Assembly: GCA_035328285.1 (NCBI GenBank)
Contig: DAOLIZ010000004.1
Span: 1-51,064, forward strand
DNA from: Gemmatimonadales bacterium
Lineage (GTDB): Bacteria > Gemmatimonadota > Gemmatimonadetes > Gemmatimonadales > GWC2-71-9
Direction: 5' to 3'
DNA: 51,064 bases
The position numbers and the translations under genes were made by a program. Shown piece after piece: positions 1 to 8,597 of the stretch. Each line of letters begins with the position of its first letter. Position 1 is the stretch's first letter. The notes under the pieces are model-generated. The model did no database searches, was not told the origin of the DNA, and worked only from the letters and a program-made list of their open reading frames with translations.

Positions 1-600
1 GACGGCGCCAATCAGGGCGCCGCCGCCGGCAGGGACCGCGGGCGCCGCGCAGTCCAGGCAGGCCGGCACCGGGGTCCCCAGGGCGAACAGGCCTGCGACC
101 ACCACCATGCCGATGGCGGCAAGCTTCAGCATGGTGAACACGTTCTGCGTCACCGCCCCGACGTTGACGCCGAGGCAGTTGATCACGGTCAACAGCAGGA
201 TCGCGAGCACTGCCGCCGGTCGCGCCACGTCGGTCGAGACCCCGAAGAGGGCCGCACCGTAGTTGCCGAAGGTGACGGCCACGGCGGCGATGGCGCCCGG
301 CGCGATGATCAGGAGCAGCGCCCAGGCGTAGAGAAAGGCCGGGAAGGGGCCGAACGCATCCCTGAGGTAGGCGTATCCGCCGCCTACCTTGGGGCGCCGC
401 TGTCCCAGCTCGCCGAAGATGAACGCCCCGATCAGCGCCACCAATCCACCGCCCACCCAGACGCCGATGGTCGTCGCCGGCGTGCCGACCCGCTGCGCCA
501 CGATGGCTGGGTTCAGGAAGATCCCGGCCCCGATGATGCCGCCGATGACCGACATGGTGCCGGAAAAGAGCCCGAGACGACGGGCATATGTGACGGCCAC
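1..600 (-). CDS. APC-family amino acid permease, N-terminal part (gene runs off the left edge)
   Basis: The minus-strand frame is open from the window edge up to GTG 600 / ATG 555. It is absent from the ORF track because there is no stop in the window. My translation reads MSVIGGIIGAGIFLNPAIVAQRVGTPATTIGVWVGGGLVALIGAFIFGELGQRRPKVGGGYAYLRDAFGPFPAFLYAWALLLII..., the typical TM1-TM3 signature of APC permeases. Confidence 0.75.
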   Translation of the reverse strand, partial: MAVTYARRLGLFSGTMSVIGGIIGAGIFLNPAIVAQRVGTPATTIGVWVGGGLVALIGAFIFGELGQRRPKVGGGYAYLRDAFGPFPAFLYAWALLLIIAPGAIAAVAVTFGNYGAALFGVSTDVARPAAVLAILLLTVINCLGVNVGAVTQNVFTMLKLAAIGMVVVAGLFALGTPVPACLDCAAPAVPAGGGALIGAV

Positions 601-716
601 GGACACTCCGCGAGGAAGGGAAGGGACGAAGGTACGGTGGGGCGGGGGAGGGCGCCAGCGGACACCGCGCCATCGGGAACCGGGCGGGCTAAGTTCCCCC
701 GATATCCCAGTGCGCC

Positions 717-1124
717 ATGCTTCCCCGATCCGAGTGGACCCTGATGCCCCCTCCAACCAAAAAGTCCCCGAAGCGCCCCGCTGGGAGTTCCTCCGGCGAA
801 CCCACCCTTCGATTCCATCATTCGCCGGAGTCCGAGGCCCGGATGCTCGCCGTGCTCGCCGAGCTCGAGGACTCCGATGACCCCGAAGCGCACCGCGAAG
901 CGCTGGCCGACCTCGTGGCCGATCTCACCGAAGCCGGGATGGACTACTACTACTTGCGGGCGTTGAAGCTCTCCAACGCCGGCCAACTGGCCCAGCAGTC
1001 AGCACGATTGGGCATTGCCGGAGCGGTGAAGATGATCAGCTCCGTCAGCCGACGCTTCATCATGCGGATGAACGGGAAAGAACTCCTCGTGGTGGCGGGG
1101 CATATCCGGAGTCTGGCGGGATAA
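717..1124 (+). CDS. hypothetical protein (135 aa, acidic/helical)
   Basis: ORF-track entry 717..1124. It is co-directional with the following genes. I recognise no motif and see no clear SD, so the start is uncertain. Confidence 0.5.
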   Translation: MLPRSEWTLMPPPTKKSPKRPAGSSSGEPTLRFHHSPESEARMLAVLAELEDSDDPEAHREALADLVADLTEAGMDYYYLRALKLSNAGQLAQQSARLGIAGAVKMISSVSRRFIMRMNGKELLVVAGHIRSLAG

Positions 1125-1212
1125 CCGTGGCGGTGTAGGTTGGCCGACTTGGTCACGTTGGGGTCATGCCCCGGTCACCGCATCCTGCCGTCCCTCTCCA
1201 CGGAGTGGCCCG

Positions 1213-1596
1213 ATGAGCAACACACCAGACACCAGGAACCTCAGTCTCGCGCTTCGAGTGGTCGGCCTCATCTTCATCGTCGGGATCTACCCGCTGACGA
1301 TCTTCTGGCCAAGCGGATGGAGCTGGATTCCGGCGCAACCGATGTACCTGCAGATGATCCTCGGTATCTATGCGACCCTCGGCATCTTCCTGTTCCTCGC
1401 GGCCAGGGATCCGATGAAGCATCTCAGCCTCATCTGGTTTGCTGTCTGGTCCAGCTTCGTCCACGCCGGCATCATGGCCTATCAGGCCCTCACCACCCCT
1501 GGCAACAGCGGTCATTTGCCTGGTGATGTCGCCGCGCTGGCCATCGTGGGGATCCTGCTCGCGGTGCTCACGCCGAGACAGTCCGCTGCGGCGTAG
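1213..1596 (+). CDS. small integral membrane protein (about 4 TM helices)
   Basis: 127-aa ORF with GGAG 8 nt upstream of the ATG. Hydrophobic helices: LALRVVGLIFIVGIYPLTIFW, MILGIYATLGIFLFLAA, LIWFAVWSSFVHAGIMAY, VAALAIVGILLAVL. Confidence 0.65.
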   Translation: MSNTPDTRNLSLALRVVGLIFIVGIYPLTIFWPSGWSWIPAQPMYLQMILGIYATLGIFLFLAARDPMKHLSLIWFAVWSSFVHAGIMAYQALTTPGNSGHLPGDVAALAIVGILLAVLTPRQSAAA

Positions 1597-1624
1597 TGCC
1601 GGCAGAGCGCGTCCCACCTCGCCG

Positions 1625-2377
1625 GTGACAGGGCTGGTCGGGGTCGTCCTGCTGCTTGGGATGACCCTGCCGCCTCGACTGTCCGCCCTGCAGCAGGACT
1701 CCCTCCCGGTCGACAACCCTTCGGCTCGACCAGCGACAGCCCCCCCGGCGCACGCCGGGCAGCCGGCCCGATTCTCGAAAGGGCACAGCCCGGCCAGCAC
1801 CGACCGTCCCTTCGAGACCTGGACCGTCGTGCTTCCCTACCGGCGAGGCGTGACGATCTGGGCCCGCAATCCCGCAGCCGATACGATCATCATCACCCAG
1901 TTCTCGCTCTCGGCCTGCTTCAACCTCGCGACGCCATGCGGGCCGACCGATCTCCGCCTGGCGCTCGGGCAGGGTGACTCCGCCGAGGTCATCACGATCC
2001 GACCGAAGGTCTGGAACGATCAGTATACCTATCGGCCATCGTGGAAGTGGATCTTCCCGGCCGATCAGCGCATGTCCGCGGACAATCCCGGGGACGAGCC
2101 CCCACTTCCGTTTGCCGTCTGGGCGCAATCCGATTCCGCCCGGCGGGAAGTCGTATTGATGGCCCGCAACACCTCCACGGAGTCCGTGATCATCACTGGC
2201 CTGGTCCTCTCCAATTGCGAGAACATCGCCCGCGGTGGTTGTGGTGCCCACTCACTCGATCTTCGCCTTGCACCAGGCGATTCAACGGCCACCGTGGTGC
2301 TGCGGCCAACGAAGTGGGAAGAACCGTTCCGCATCGACCTCGACTGGGTCTGGACCAGGAGGGCCAGCCATCGCTAG
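1625..2377 (+). CDS. secreted hypothetical protein with two tandem Cys-containing repeat domains
   Basis: In ORF 1439..2377, the in-frame GTG at 1625 gives a signal-peptide-like N-terminus, VTGLVGVVLLLGMTLPPRLSALQQ. Two homologous modules follow: VTIWARNPAADTIIITQFSLSACFNLATPCGPTDLRLALGQGDSAEVITIRPKVW and VVLMARNTSTESVIITGLVLSNCENIARGGCGAHSLDLRLAPGDSTATVVLRPTKW. The start codon is inferred. Confidence 0.6.
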   Translation: MTGLVGVVLLLGMTLPPRLSALQQDSLPVDNPSARPATAPPAHAGQPARFSKGHSPASTDRPFETWTVVLPYRRGVTIWARNPAADTIIITQFSLSACFNLATPCGPTDLRLALGQGDSAEVITIRPKVWNDQYTYRPSWKWIFPADQRMSADNPGDEPPLPFAVWAQSDSARREVVLMARNTSTESVIITGLVLSNCENIARGGCGAHSLDLRLAPGDSTATVVLRPTKWEEPFRIDLDWVWTRRASHR

Positions 2378-2415
2378 CGTGAAACCTCCCTGTGCGGTGC
2401 ACCGTTGGGAGTCAT

Positions 2416-3720
2416 ATGCGCCGTGCCATCATCCCACTCGTCGCCACCATCCTGTTCGGCGCTACCGCCTCCGCCCAAGTCCCCGACTCCATCCCGACAC
2501 CCCGCGCTGACTCCCTGGCAGGGTTGTACCAGGACACCTCTGGCGACTACGTCCACCTGATGAACCTCGCCGATCAGCTCGGTGGCCGTTCCGTGCTGTC
2601 CCTGACGCAATACGCGACCGGCATGGTGCGCGCGCTGTACCCCGTCGATCGGACGCACTTCGAGTTGGGCCCGGCGTGGTTTGAGCGGACGCCGGTGGAG
2701 GGCGGGGTTGAAATCAGCGGCGACACGCTGATCATCATCGGCGCCAGCGGTGCCAGGCGGATCGTCGCCACGCGGGTGCCGCTCGAGAAGCGCGACGTCC
2801 GCGTCGCCAGCGGCGGCGTCACCCTCGCGGGCGTGCTGACGCTGCCCGCGGGCCCCGGCCCCCACCCCGCGATGCTGATGATCCAGGGCTCGGGTCCGCT
2901 GACTCGCCGCGCTCCCGGGCAAACCGGCGACCTGATCGCCGCCCATGGAGTGGCCGTGCTCACGCTCGACAAGCGCGGCACGGGAGGGTCGTCGGGGGAC
3001 TGGAGCGGGCTGTCGCATGAAGCGTGGATCGCGGACGCGGGTGCGGCGCTGGACGCCCTCAAGCGGGAACCAGGAATCGACTCGACCCAGGTCGGGATCT
3101 ACGCCGCAAGTGAGGGCGGGTTCGTCGGGCCCGAACTGGCGGCACGACGCCAGGATGTGTCGTTCCTCGTCTGTCGCGTCTGCTCGGCGTTGCCGCACGC
3201 CGAGGCCATCATGGACATGGAGGAACGCCGGCTTCTCGCTGCCGGGCGTGCGGCTGATGTGGCCGCGGAAGCACGGGAATGGCTGCGGTTGCGCACGGCC
3301 TATGCACTCGGACGCCAAGGATTCGAACGCATGGCCGCATTTGAAGCCCGGACCAGCGCCGCGGAGTGGCGCGAGGACTTCCCCCCCGGCGCCGCGGCCC
3401 TCCCCCGGCCTGACGCGGCCTACTGGGATGTCTACGCCGGCGTGCTGGCCGGCGACCCGGCCCGGGCCTATCGCGCCCTGAAGATCCCGGTGCTGGTTGT
3501 GCTCGGAGGTGACGACCAGCGCATTCTCGCTGGGCGCAATGAGCCGGTCTTCGCCGAAATCGCGCACAACGCCCGCGACATGACCGTCATGGTCGTTCCG
3601 GGCGCAAGCCACGGCCTCCTGGTGATGAATGTGGACGGTGCAGTGGGGTACCCGCCGGGGCTCTATCGGGAAATCGTGGACTGGATTGTGGCGCGAACCG
3701 GTTCGTCGCGGACGAACTGA
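2416..3720 (+). CDS. secreted alpha/beta hydrolase (dienelactone hydrolase / S9-like)
   Basis: ATG 2416 gives the signal peptide MRRAIIPLVATILFGATASAQ. Nucleophile elbow GIYAASEGG; C-terminal VVPGASHGL histidine motif. The ORF track starts at GTG 2392. Confidence 0.8.
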   Translation: MRRAIIPLVATILFGATASAQVPDSIPTPRADSLAGLYQDTSGDYVHLMNLADQLGGRSVLSLTQYATGMVRALYPVDRTHFELGPAWFERTPVEGGVEISGDTLIIIGASGARRIVATRVPLEKRDVRVASGGVTLAGVLTLPAGPGPHPAMLMIQGSGPLTRRAPGQTGDLIAAHGVAVLTLDKRGTGGSSGDWSGLSHEAWIADAGAALDALKREPGIDSTQVGIYAASEGGFVGPELAARRQDVSFLVCRVCSALPHAEAIMDMEERRLLAAGRAADVAAEAREWLRLRTAYALGRQGFERMAAFEARTSAAEWREDFPPGAAALPRPDAAYWDVYAGVLAGDPARAYRALKIPVLVVLGGDDQRILAGRNEPVFAEIAHNARDMTVMVVPGASHGLLVMNVDGAVGYPPGLYREIVDWIVARTGSSRTN

Positions 3721-3770
3721 TTACCTTTCCTCCCACGCGCCTTCCCCGCTTCCCCACCAACGTGCCGCCC

Positions 3771-4139
3771 ATGCCACACATCCACAGCATCGCCATCTTC
3801 GTGACCGACATCGATCGCGCCCTGCTCTTCTACCGCGATCATCTCGGCCTGCCCCTGCTGCACCAGGGATCGTTCGGCGCCGAGTTCATGGAGGGGGAAA
3901 AGGGCAGGACCCGCCTCGGCGTCCACCCGGCGGTACACCCCAACGCACTGGCGATGGTGGGTCGGGAAACCGGCATCACCCTGCATGTCGAGCACCTCCT
4001 CGAGTTCTGCGAACGTCTCCACCAGCGAGGCGTGACGTTTGTGACCGAGCCGACCCAGCAGGGGTTCGGAATCATGGCCATGGTGGCCGACCCGGACGGC
4101 AACATCCTGGCGCTCTGGGAGGACAAGCTCCCCGAATAG
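3771..4139 (+). CDS. VOC family protein (glyoxalase/bleomycin-resistance/dioxygenase fold)
   Basis: MPHIHSIAIFVTDIDRALLFYRDHLGLPL ... FGIMAMVADPDGNILALWE is the classic VOC beta-alpha-beta-beta-beta pattern. GTG 3762 is an alternative start. Confidence 0.85.
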   Translation: MPHIHSIAIFVTDIDRALLFYRDHLGLPLLHQGSFGAEFMEGEKGRTRLGVHPAVHPNALAMVGRETGITLHVEHLLEFCERLHQRGVTFVTEPTQQGFGIMAMVADPDGNILALWEDKLPE

Positions 4140-4258
4140 CGCATTCCGCCCCATTGCCAGGGGATGCAGGCAGCCGCACTAGTCCGTCCAACCCATTGCA
4201 ACAGATGTATTTGCGCCCCCTTCGTTGAATCGGCACGTGCGTTGCCCTGCCTCCCTCC

Positions 4259-6424
4259 ATGCGCTTGTCCCAGCTCGCCGCCCCTCCGCTGCCAATCCTC
4301 CTCGTGCTCTTCGCCGCCGCCTGTGGCGGGAAGGAACCCACCGGTCCCTCGGCGGGCTCCCTCGTGGTCGGTGTCACCGGGCTTCCGCCTGCCGCCGCGG
4401 CCAGCGTGACGGTGTCCGGGCCCAACGACTTCAGCCAGGTGATCGGGCCCTCGAACGCGACCCTCAGCGACCTGACCCCGGGCAACTACACGATCACGGC
4501 GGCGGGCGTGAGCGAGGGGGGAGCGGCCTACGTTCCCCTGCCGACTACCCAGGTTGCCAAGGTCACCGCCGGCGGATCCGCCTCGGCGGGCGTGGTCTAC
4601 ACTGCCACGCCTGGCTCCCTCAGCCTGACCGTCAGCGGGTTGCCGACGGGGATCGACGGTGCGGTGACCATTACCGGCCCCGCTGGGTATTCCTCCCAGC
4701 AGACCAGCAACGCCTCTCTCACCGGCCTCGCGCCGGGCACCTACACCGTCGCGGCGGGGGTGGTTGGTTCCGCACCGCTCTATGACCCCACGCCGCTGAG
4801 CCAGCAGGTCACCGTCTCAAGCAGCGCGGCGGCGGCGGCGGCGGTGGCGTACGCGGCCCGGTCAGCCACCAGCTTGAATCTCCGCATCGACGGGTTCTAC
4901 GTCACCCAGAGCGTGCAGACATACAACCGCAGCATTCCGCTGGTCGCCGGACGCGACGGGCTCCTGCGCGTCTTTGTCGTTTCCAATCAGGCCAATACCG
5001 CCTCCCCCGAGGTAAGAGCCCGATTCTACCGGGCCGGCGCGCTGATCCAGACGGTGACGATCCCGGCCCCGGGGGCGAGCGTCCCGACCGATACCGTCGG
5101 AAGCCAGGGCGCGCTCAATCGCACCTGGAACGCCACGTTGCCGGCGTCGTTGCTGCAGCCCGACCTCGACGTCGTGCTCGACGTCGATCCCGCGAACGTC
5201 ATTGCCGAATCGAACGACGGCGACAACAGCTACCCCGGCAACGGCACACCGATCACGCTCAACGTGCGTACCGTGGCGGCGCTCGACCTGCGCCTGGTCC
5301 CGGTCCACCGCACCGCCGACAACTCGACCGGCAACGTGACGGCCGGCAACGCGGCGCAGTTTGCCGACCAGACCCTGCGCATGCACCCGCTGGCGGCCGT
5401 CAACGTCGACGTGCGCGCGGCGTATACCTATACCGACACCGCGCAGATCCAGTCCGGCGACGGGAATGGCGTGTGGCTTCGCATCCTGAGTGAGATCAAC
5501 GCGCTGCGGGCCTCCGAAGGGGGGACGAAGAACTACTACGGCGTGATCTCCGTCCCATACGGCGGCGGCATTGCCGGCTACGGGTATGTCCCCGGACGGG
5601 CCTCGGTGGGATGGGACAAGCTGCCGAGCGCCTCCGGCGTGGTCGCTCATGAGCTCGGACACAATTTCGGGCGGTCCCATGCGCCATGCGGGGGCGTGAG
5701 CTCCTCCGATCCGAACTATCCCTACCCCGGCGGGGTGACGGGGGCGTGGGGGTACGACCTGGTGTCCGGTGCGCTGAAGGCCCCGACGCTTACCGACCTC
5801 ATGGGCTACTGCAACAACACCTGGATCAGCGACTACACCTACCTCGGCGTGATGAACCAGCGCGGCCCCGCGGCGGTGCTGCAGATGGGAAGCGTTCGGG
5901 AGCCGAGCCTGATCGTGTGGGGCCGGATCCGGGACGGGGAAGTCGTGCTCGAACCGGCGTTCGAGGCCACGACCGAGGCACTGCTGCCGGTCAACTCGGG
6001 CCCGAACCTGATCCGTGGGTTCGATGCCAACGGTGGTGAGGCATTCCGGATCGCGTTCAGCGGCACGCCGGTGGCCGATGCGCCGCATGCCGAGGAGCAC
6101 TTTGCCTTCGCCGTGCCGCTCCGGATGGTGCGCGGGTCGCTGGCCCGGCTTCAGCTGGAGAGCCGAGGACAGCGCGCGATCGTCGCCACGACCGGCGCAG
6201 GTGCAGCGGGTCGCAGTTCCAATATTCGACTGGAGCGGTCCGGCGCCGCCTCCACCATTCGCTGGAATGCATCGGACTATCCCCTGGCCGTGGTGCGTGA
6301 CGCCTCCACCGGCCAGATCCTCTCCCTGGCCCGAGGCGGCAGCGTCACGCTCGATAGCGCGGCCGGTCCGCTGGACGTGACCCTCAGCGATCGGGCACGG
6401 AGCCGGACCGAACACCTCCGGTAG
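4259..6424 (+). CDS. lipoprotein zinc metalloprotease (metzincin, reprolysin/M66-like) with N-terminal Ig-like repeats
   Basis: Lipobox LVLFAAAC-GG. Repeated TVSGPNDF...LTPGNYTITAAGV and LTVSGLPTG...LAPGTYTVAAGVV modules. Catalytic VVAHELGHNFGRSHAPCGG (HExxHxxGxxH) and a Met-turn candidate DLMGYC. Confidence 0.85.
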   Translation: MRLSQLAAPPLPILLVLFAAACGGKEPTGPSAGSLVVGVTGLPPAAAASVTVSGPNDFSQVIGPSNATLSDLTPGNYTITAAGVSEGGAAYVPLPTTQVAKVTAGGSASAGVVYTATPGSLSLTVSGLPTGIDGAVTITGPAGYSSQQTSNASLTGLAPGTYTVAAGVVGSAPLYDPTPLSQQVTVSSSAAAAAAVAYAARSATSLNLRIDGFYVTQSVQTYNRSIPLVAGRDGLLRVFVVSNQANTASPEVRARFYRAGALIQTVTIPAPGASVPTDTVGSQGALNRTWNATLPASLLQPDLDVVLDVDPANVIAESNDGDNSYPGNGTPITLNVRTVAALDLRLVPVHRTADNSTGNVTAGNAAQFADQTLRMHPLAAVNVDVRAAYTYTDTAQIQSGDGNGVWLRILSEINALRASEGGTKNYYGVISVPYGGGIAGYGYVPGRASVGWDKLPSASGVVAHELGHNFGRSHAPCGGVSSSDPNYPYPGGVTGAWGYDLVSGALKAPTLTDLMGYCNNTWISDYTYLGVMNQRGPAAVLQMGSVREPSLIVWGRIRDGEVVLEPAFEATTEALLPVNSGPNLIRGFDANGGEAFRIAFSGTPVADAPHAEEHFAFAVPLRMVRGSLARLQLESRGQRAIVATTGAGAAGRSSNIRLERSGAASTIRWNASDYPLAVVRDASTGQILSLARGGSVTLDSAAGPLDVTLSDRARSRTEHLR

Positions 6425-6439
6425 GCATACCGGCGGAAT

Positions 6440-6465
6440 GGACTCCGGCTTTCGCCGGGGTGACG
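6440..6465. repeat. REP-like intergenic hairpin repeat, copy A (GGACTCCGGCTTTCGCCGGGGTGACG)
   Basis: 24/26 identical to 24867..24892. It forms an 8-bp stem (ACTCCGGC / GCCGGGGT, one T-G mismatch; G-U wobble in RNA) with a 4-nt loop. It lies between the protease stop and the plsC start. The spurious ORF 6438.. reads MDSGFRRGDG. Confidence 0.6.
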
Positions 6466-6484
6466 GTCGCGTCTATTTTCCCGA

Positions 6485-7234
6485 ATGCGCCGCTTCCTTC
6501 AAACCATCGGTTCCGCCTGGGCGTGGTTCTGGATTGCCATCGTCATCGTCGCCTGGTTTCCGACGATGGTGCTGGTCTACCTCGTCACCGTGCCCTTCGA
6601 CCGCGGTCGCTATATCGTTGGCTGGTGGTTCCGCCGCCTCGGCGTGGCGATGGCCACCGTCAATCCCTACTGGAGCTTCCGCCGGGCCGGCATCCATGTC
6701 GAGCATCCCCGGCACCCGTACGTCATCGTCGCCAACCACGAGTCGTTCGCCGACATCCTGCTCATCAGCCATCTCCCCTTCGAGATGAAGTGGCTGTCGA
6801 AGATCGAGATCCTGAAGATTCCATTGATCGGCTGGATGATGCGGATGGCGGGCGACATTCCCATCAGGCGGGGCTTCGGCCCCAGCGCCGTCGAGGCGAT
6901 GGAGCGCTGCCGTGCGTCGCTGCAGAACCGGGTGTCGGTGATGTTCTTTCCGGAGGGTACCCGCTCGCCCGACGGTGACATGCTGCCGTTCAAGGACGGC
7001 GCCTTCCGCCTGGCGCTCGAGGCCGGCGTGCCGATCCTGCCGCTCGCCGTGGCGGGCACCGGTACCGCCCTCCCCAAACATGACTGGCGCTTCAGCCGGG
7101 CGCGGGCCGTCGTCGAGGTCCTCCCCCCGATCGACACCGCCGGCCTGACCCTCGACGACCTGCCCGCACTGAAGGCGCGGGTGCGCGCCACCATCGAGAC
7201 CGCGCGCGACGCCTTGCGGGAGCGGATCCGCTAA
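6485..7234 (+). CDS. plsC: 1-acyl-sn-glycerol-3-phosphate acyltransferase
   Basis: Acyltransferase motifs VANHESFADIL (HxxxxD) and MFFPEGTRSPDG, with an N-terminal TM helix. Confidence 0.9.
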   Translation: MRRFLQTIGSAWAWFWIAIVIVAWFPTMVLVYLVTVPFDRGRYIVGWWFRRLGVAMATVNPYWSFRRAGIHVEHPRHPYVIVANHESFADILLISHLPFEMKWLSKIEILKIPLIGWMMRMAGDIPIRRGFGPSAVEAMERCRASLQNRVSVMFFPEGTRSPDGDMLPFKDGAFRLALEAGVPILPLAVAGTGTALPKHDWRFSRARAVVEVLPPIDTAGLTLDDLPALKARVRATIETARDALRERIR

Positions 7235-7237
7235 GCG

Positions 7238-7672
7238 CTATTTCTTTTCCAGCCGCGCCTTGACCTGAGCGCGCATCCGCTCGGCAATCGATCGCCCCGC
7301 CGGAACCTCCGCGGCCACCCACTCCGCGTTCTTGAACACCCCGGGATGCGAGGCGGCGCGAATGTCCTGGAGGTATGGCTCCACCTTCGCAAAGTTCAGC
7401 AGCCCCTCTGCATTGTTTTCCACCAGGAAATCCCCGTGGATGATACCGTACCGGGCCATCCGGTACACCATCTCCCAGTAGGTGGATACCTGGCGATGCT
7501 CGCGATTGAGCGGATGGTCGCGCTTGAGGACAGCCACGGCTTCCTTTGCGTTCTTCGGCCAGAACTCGCTGGCCAGCACTTCCCGCGCCTTGCGGAGCGA
7601 CGCCTCGCGTCGCAGGTCGTACAACTTCAGGATGAGATCGGCGTCGAGGTGGTCGGGCGCGTCCTTCATCAT
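7238..7672 (-). CDS. hypothetical protein (144 aa), last gene of the GMC-PEBP-DUF302 operon
   Basis: Clean ORF. Its ATG overlaps the stop of the upstream DUF302 gene (ATGA at 7669-7672). I recognise no motif. Confidence 0.7.
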   Translation of the reverse strand: MMKDAPDHLDADLILKLYDLRREASLRKAREVLASEFWPKNAKEAVAVLKRDHPLNREHRQVSTYWEMVYRMARYGIIHGDFLVENNAEGLLNFAKVEPYLQDIRAASHPGVFKNAEWVAAEVPAGRSIAERMRAQVKARLEKK

Positions 7673-8091
7673 GCGGCCTCCGGACCGGCGCGAAGCGCCT
7701 CAGCCACGCGGGACAACCGGACCCGCGCCTCGGTGGCGACCGACCGCAGCGCCGGATCCTGGTCCATGCCACCCACCGACAGCATCACGTCGGGGTCGGC
7801 GATCCGCACGACGGAACCGGCTCCGTGGGCCTCCACGGTCACGTTGCAGGGCAGGAGCAGCCCCGCTTCGGCATAGTGGCTCAGCGCCCGGTGCGCCAGC
7901 GTCGGGTTGCAGGCGCCGAGAATGGAGTAGGGACGGAAGTCCGCCCCGATCTTCTCCTTGAGCGTCGCATGCACGTCGATGCGGGTCAGGACGCCGAATC
8001 CTTCGGCCTTGAGTGCCGCCGCAACTGTGTCCATCGCCTCCGCATATGGCATGGCGAGCTTCACCTCGAATGCCAGCGCTGCCGTGGTCAT
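7669..8091 (-). CDS. DUF302 domain-containing protein
   Basis: Internal ATG 8091 of ORF 7669..8382 gives MTTAALAFEVKLAMPYAEAMDTVAAALKAEGFGVLTRIDVHATLKEKIGADFRPYSILGACNP, a typical DUF302 sequence. It overlaps the PEBP stop (ATGA at 8088-8091). Confidence 0.85.
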   Translation of the reverse strand: MTTAALAFEVKLAMPYAEAMDTVAAALKAEGFGVLTRIDVHATLKEKIGADFRPYSILGACNPTLAHRALSHYAEAGLLLPCNVTVEAHGAGSVVRIADPDVMLSVGGMDQDPALRSVATEARVRLSRVAEALRAGPEAA

Positions 8092-8597
8092 GATGTCGTC
8101 CCCTTCTTGATATAGGTGCCCATCAGCTCCGTGTGCGCGAGGATGTGCCCCGCCATGGCGGTCTCGAGCACCGGCTTGGTGGCGGCGCCGAGGTCTGGGA
8201 GGACCTTGTCGAGCGCATAGAGCTTGTGGAAGTAGCGGTGCCGGCCGATCGGCGGGCAAGGCCCCCCGTACCCGGTGCGCTTCCAGTCGTTGAGGCCCTC
8301 GCGCGTTCCGGCGGGGAGGTCGGCAGGCATCGTGCCTTCCGCCAGCCCCGTCGCGTTGACCGGGATGTTGTACAATACCCAATGAACATACGTCCGCCTG
8401 GGCGCCGCCGGGTCCGGGGCGTCGGGGTCGTCGATGATGAGCGCCAGCGATTTCGTGCCCGCCGGCACCCCGGACCAGCTCAGGTCGGGCGCGAGGTCCT
8501 CTCCCTCACAGGTGCAGCGCGTTGGAATCTCGCCGCCTGGTGCGAAGGTCCTGGACGTCAGGGTCAATGGCAAGCGACACTCCTCCCAATCAGGCAC
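8088..8597 (-). CDS. YbhB/YbcL family Raf-kinase-inhibitor-like protein (PEBP)
   Basis: Motifs LIIDDPDAP, YVHWVLYNIP and GYGGPCPPIGRHRYFHKLYALD. The GTG start overlaps the GMC gene end by 8 nt. Confidence 0.9.
   Translation of the reverse strand: MPDWEECRLPLTLTSRTFAPGGEIPTRCTCEGEDLAPDLSWSGVPAGTKSLALIIDDPDAPDPAAPRRTYVHWVLYNIPVNATGLAEGTMPADLPAGTREGLNDWKRTGYGGPCPPIGRHRYFHKLYALDKVLPDLGAATKPVLETAMAGHILAHTELMGTYIKKGTTS

Noticed and set aside
6438-6788. 116-aa ORF beginning MDSGFRRGDG
   Set aside because: It starts inside the REP-like hairpin and then runs out of frame over plsC, which has clear acyltransferase motifs. It is a translation artefact of the repeat.
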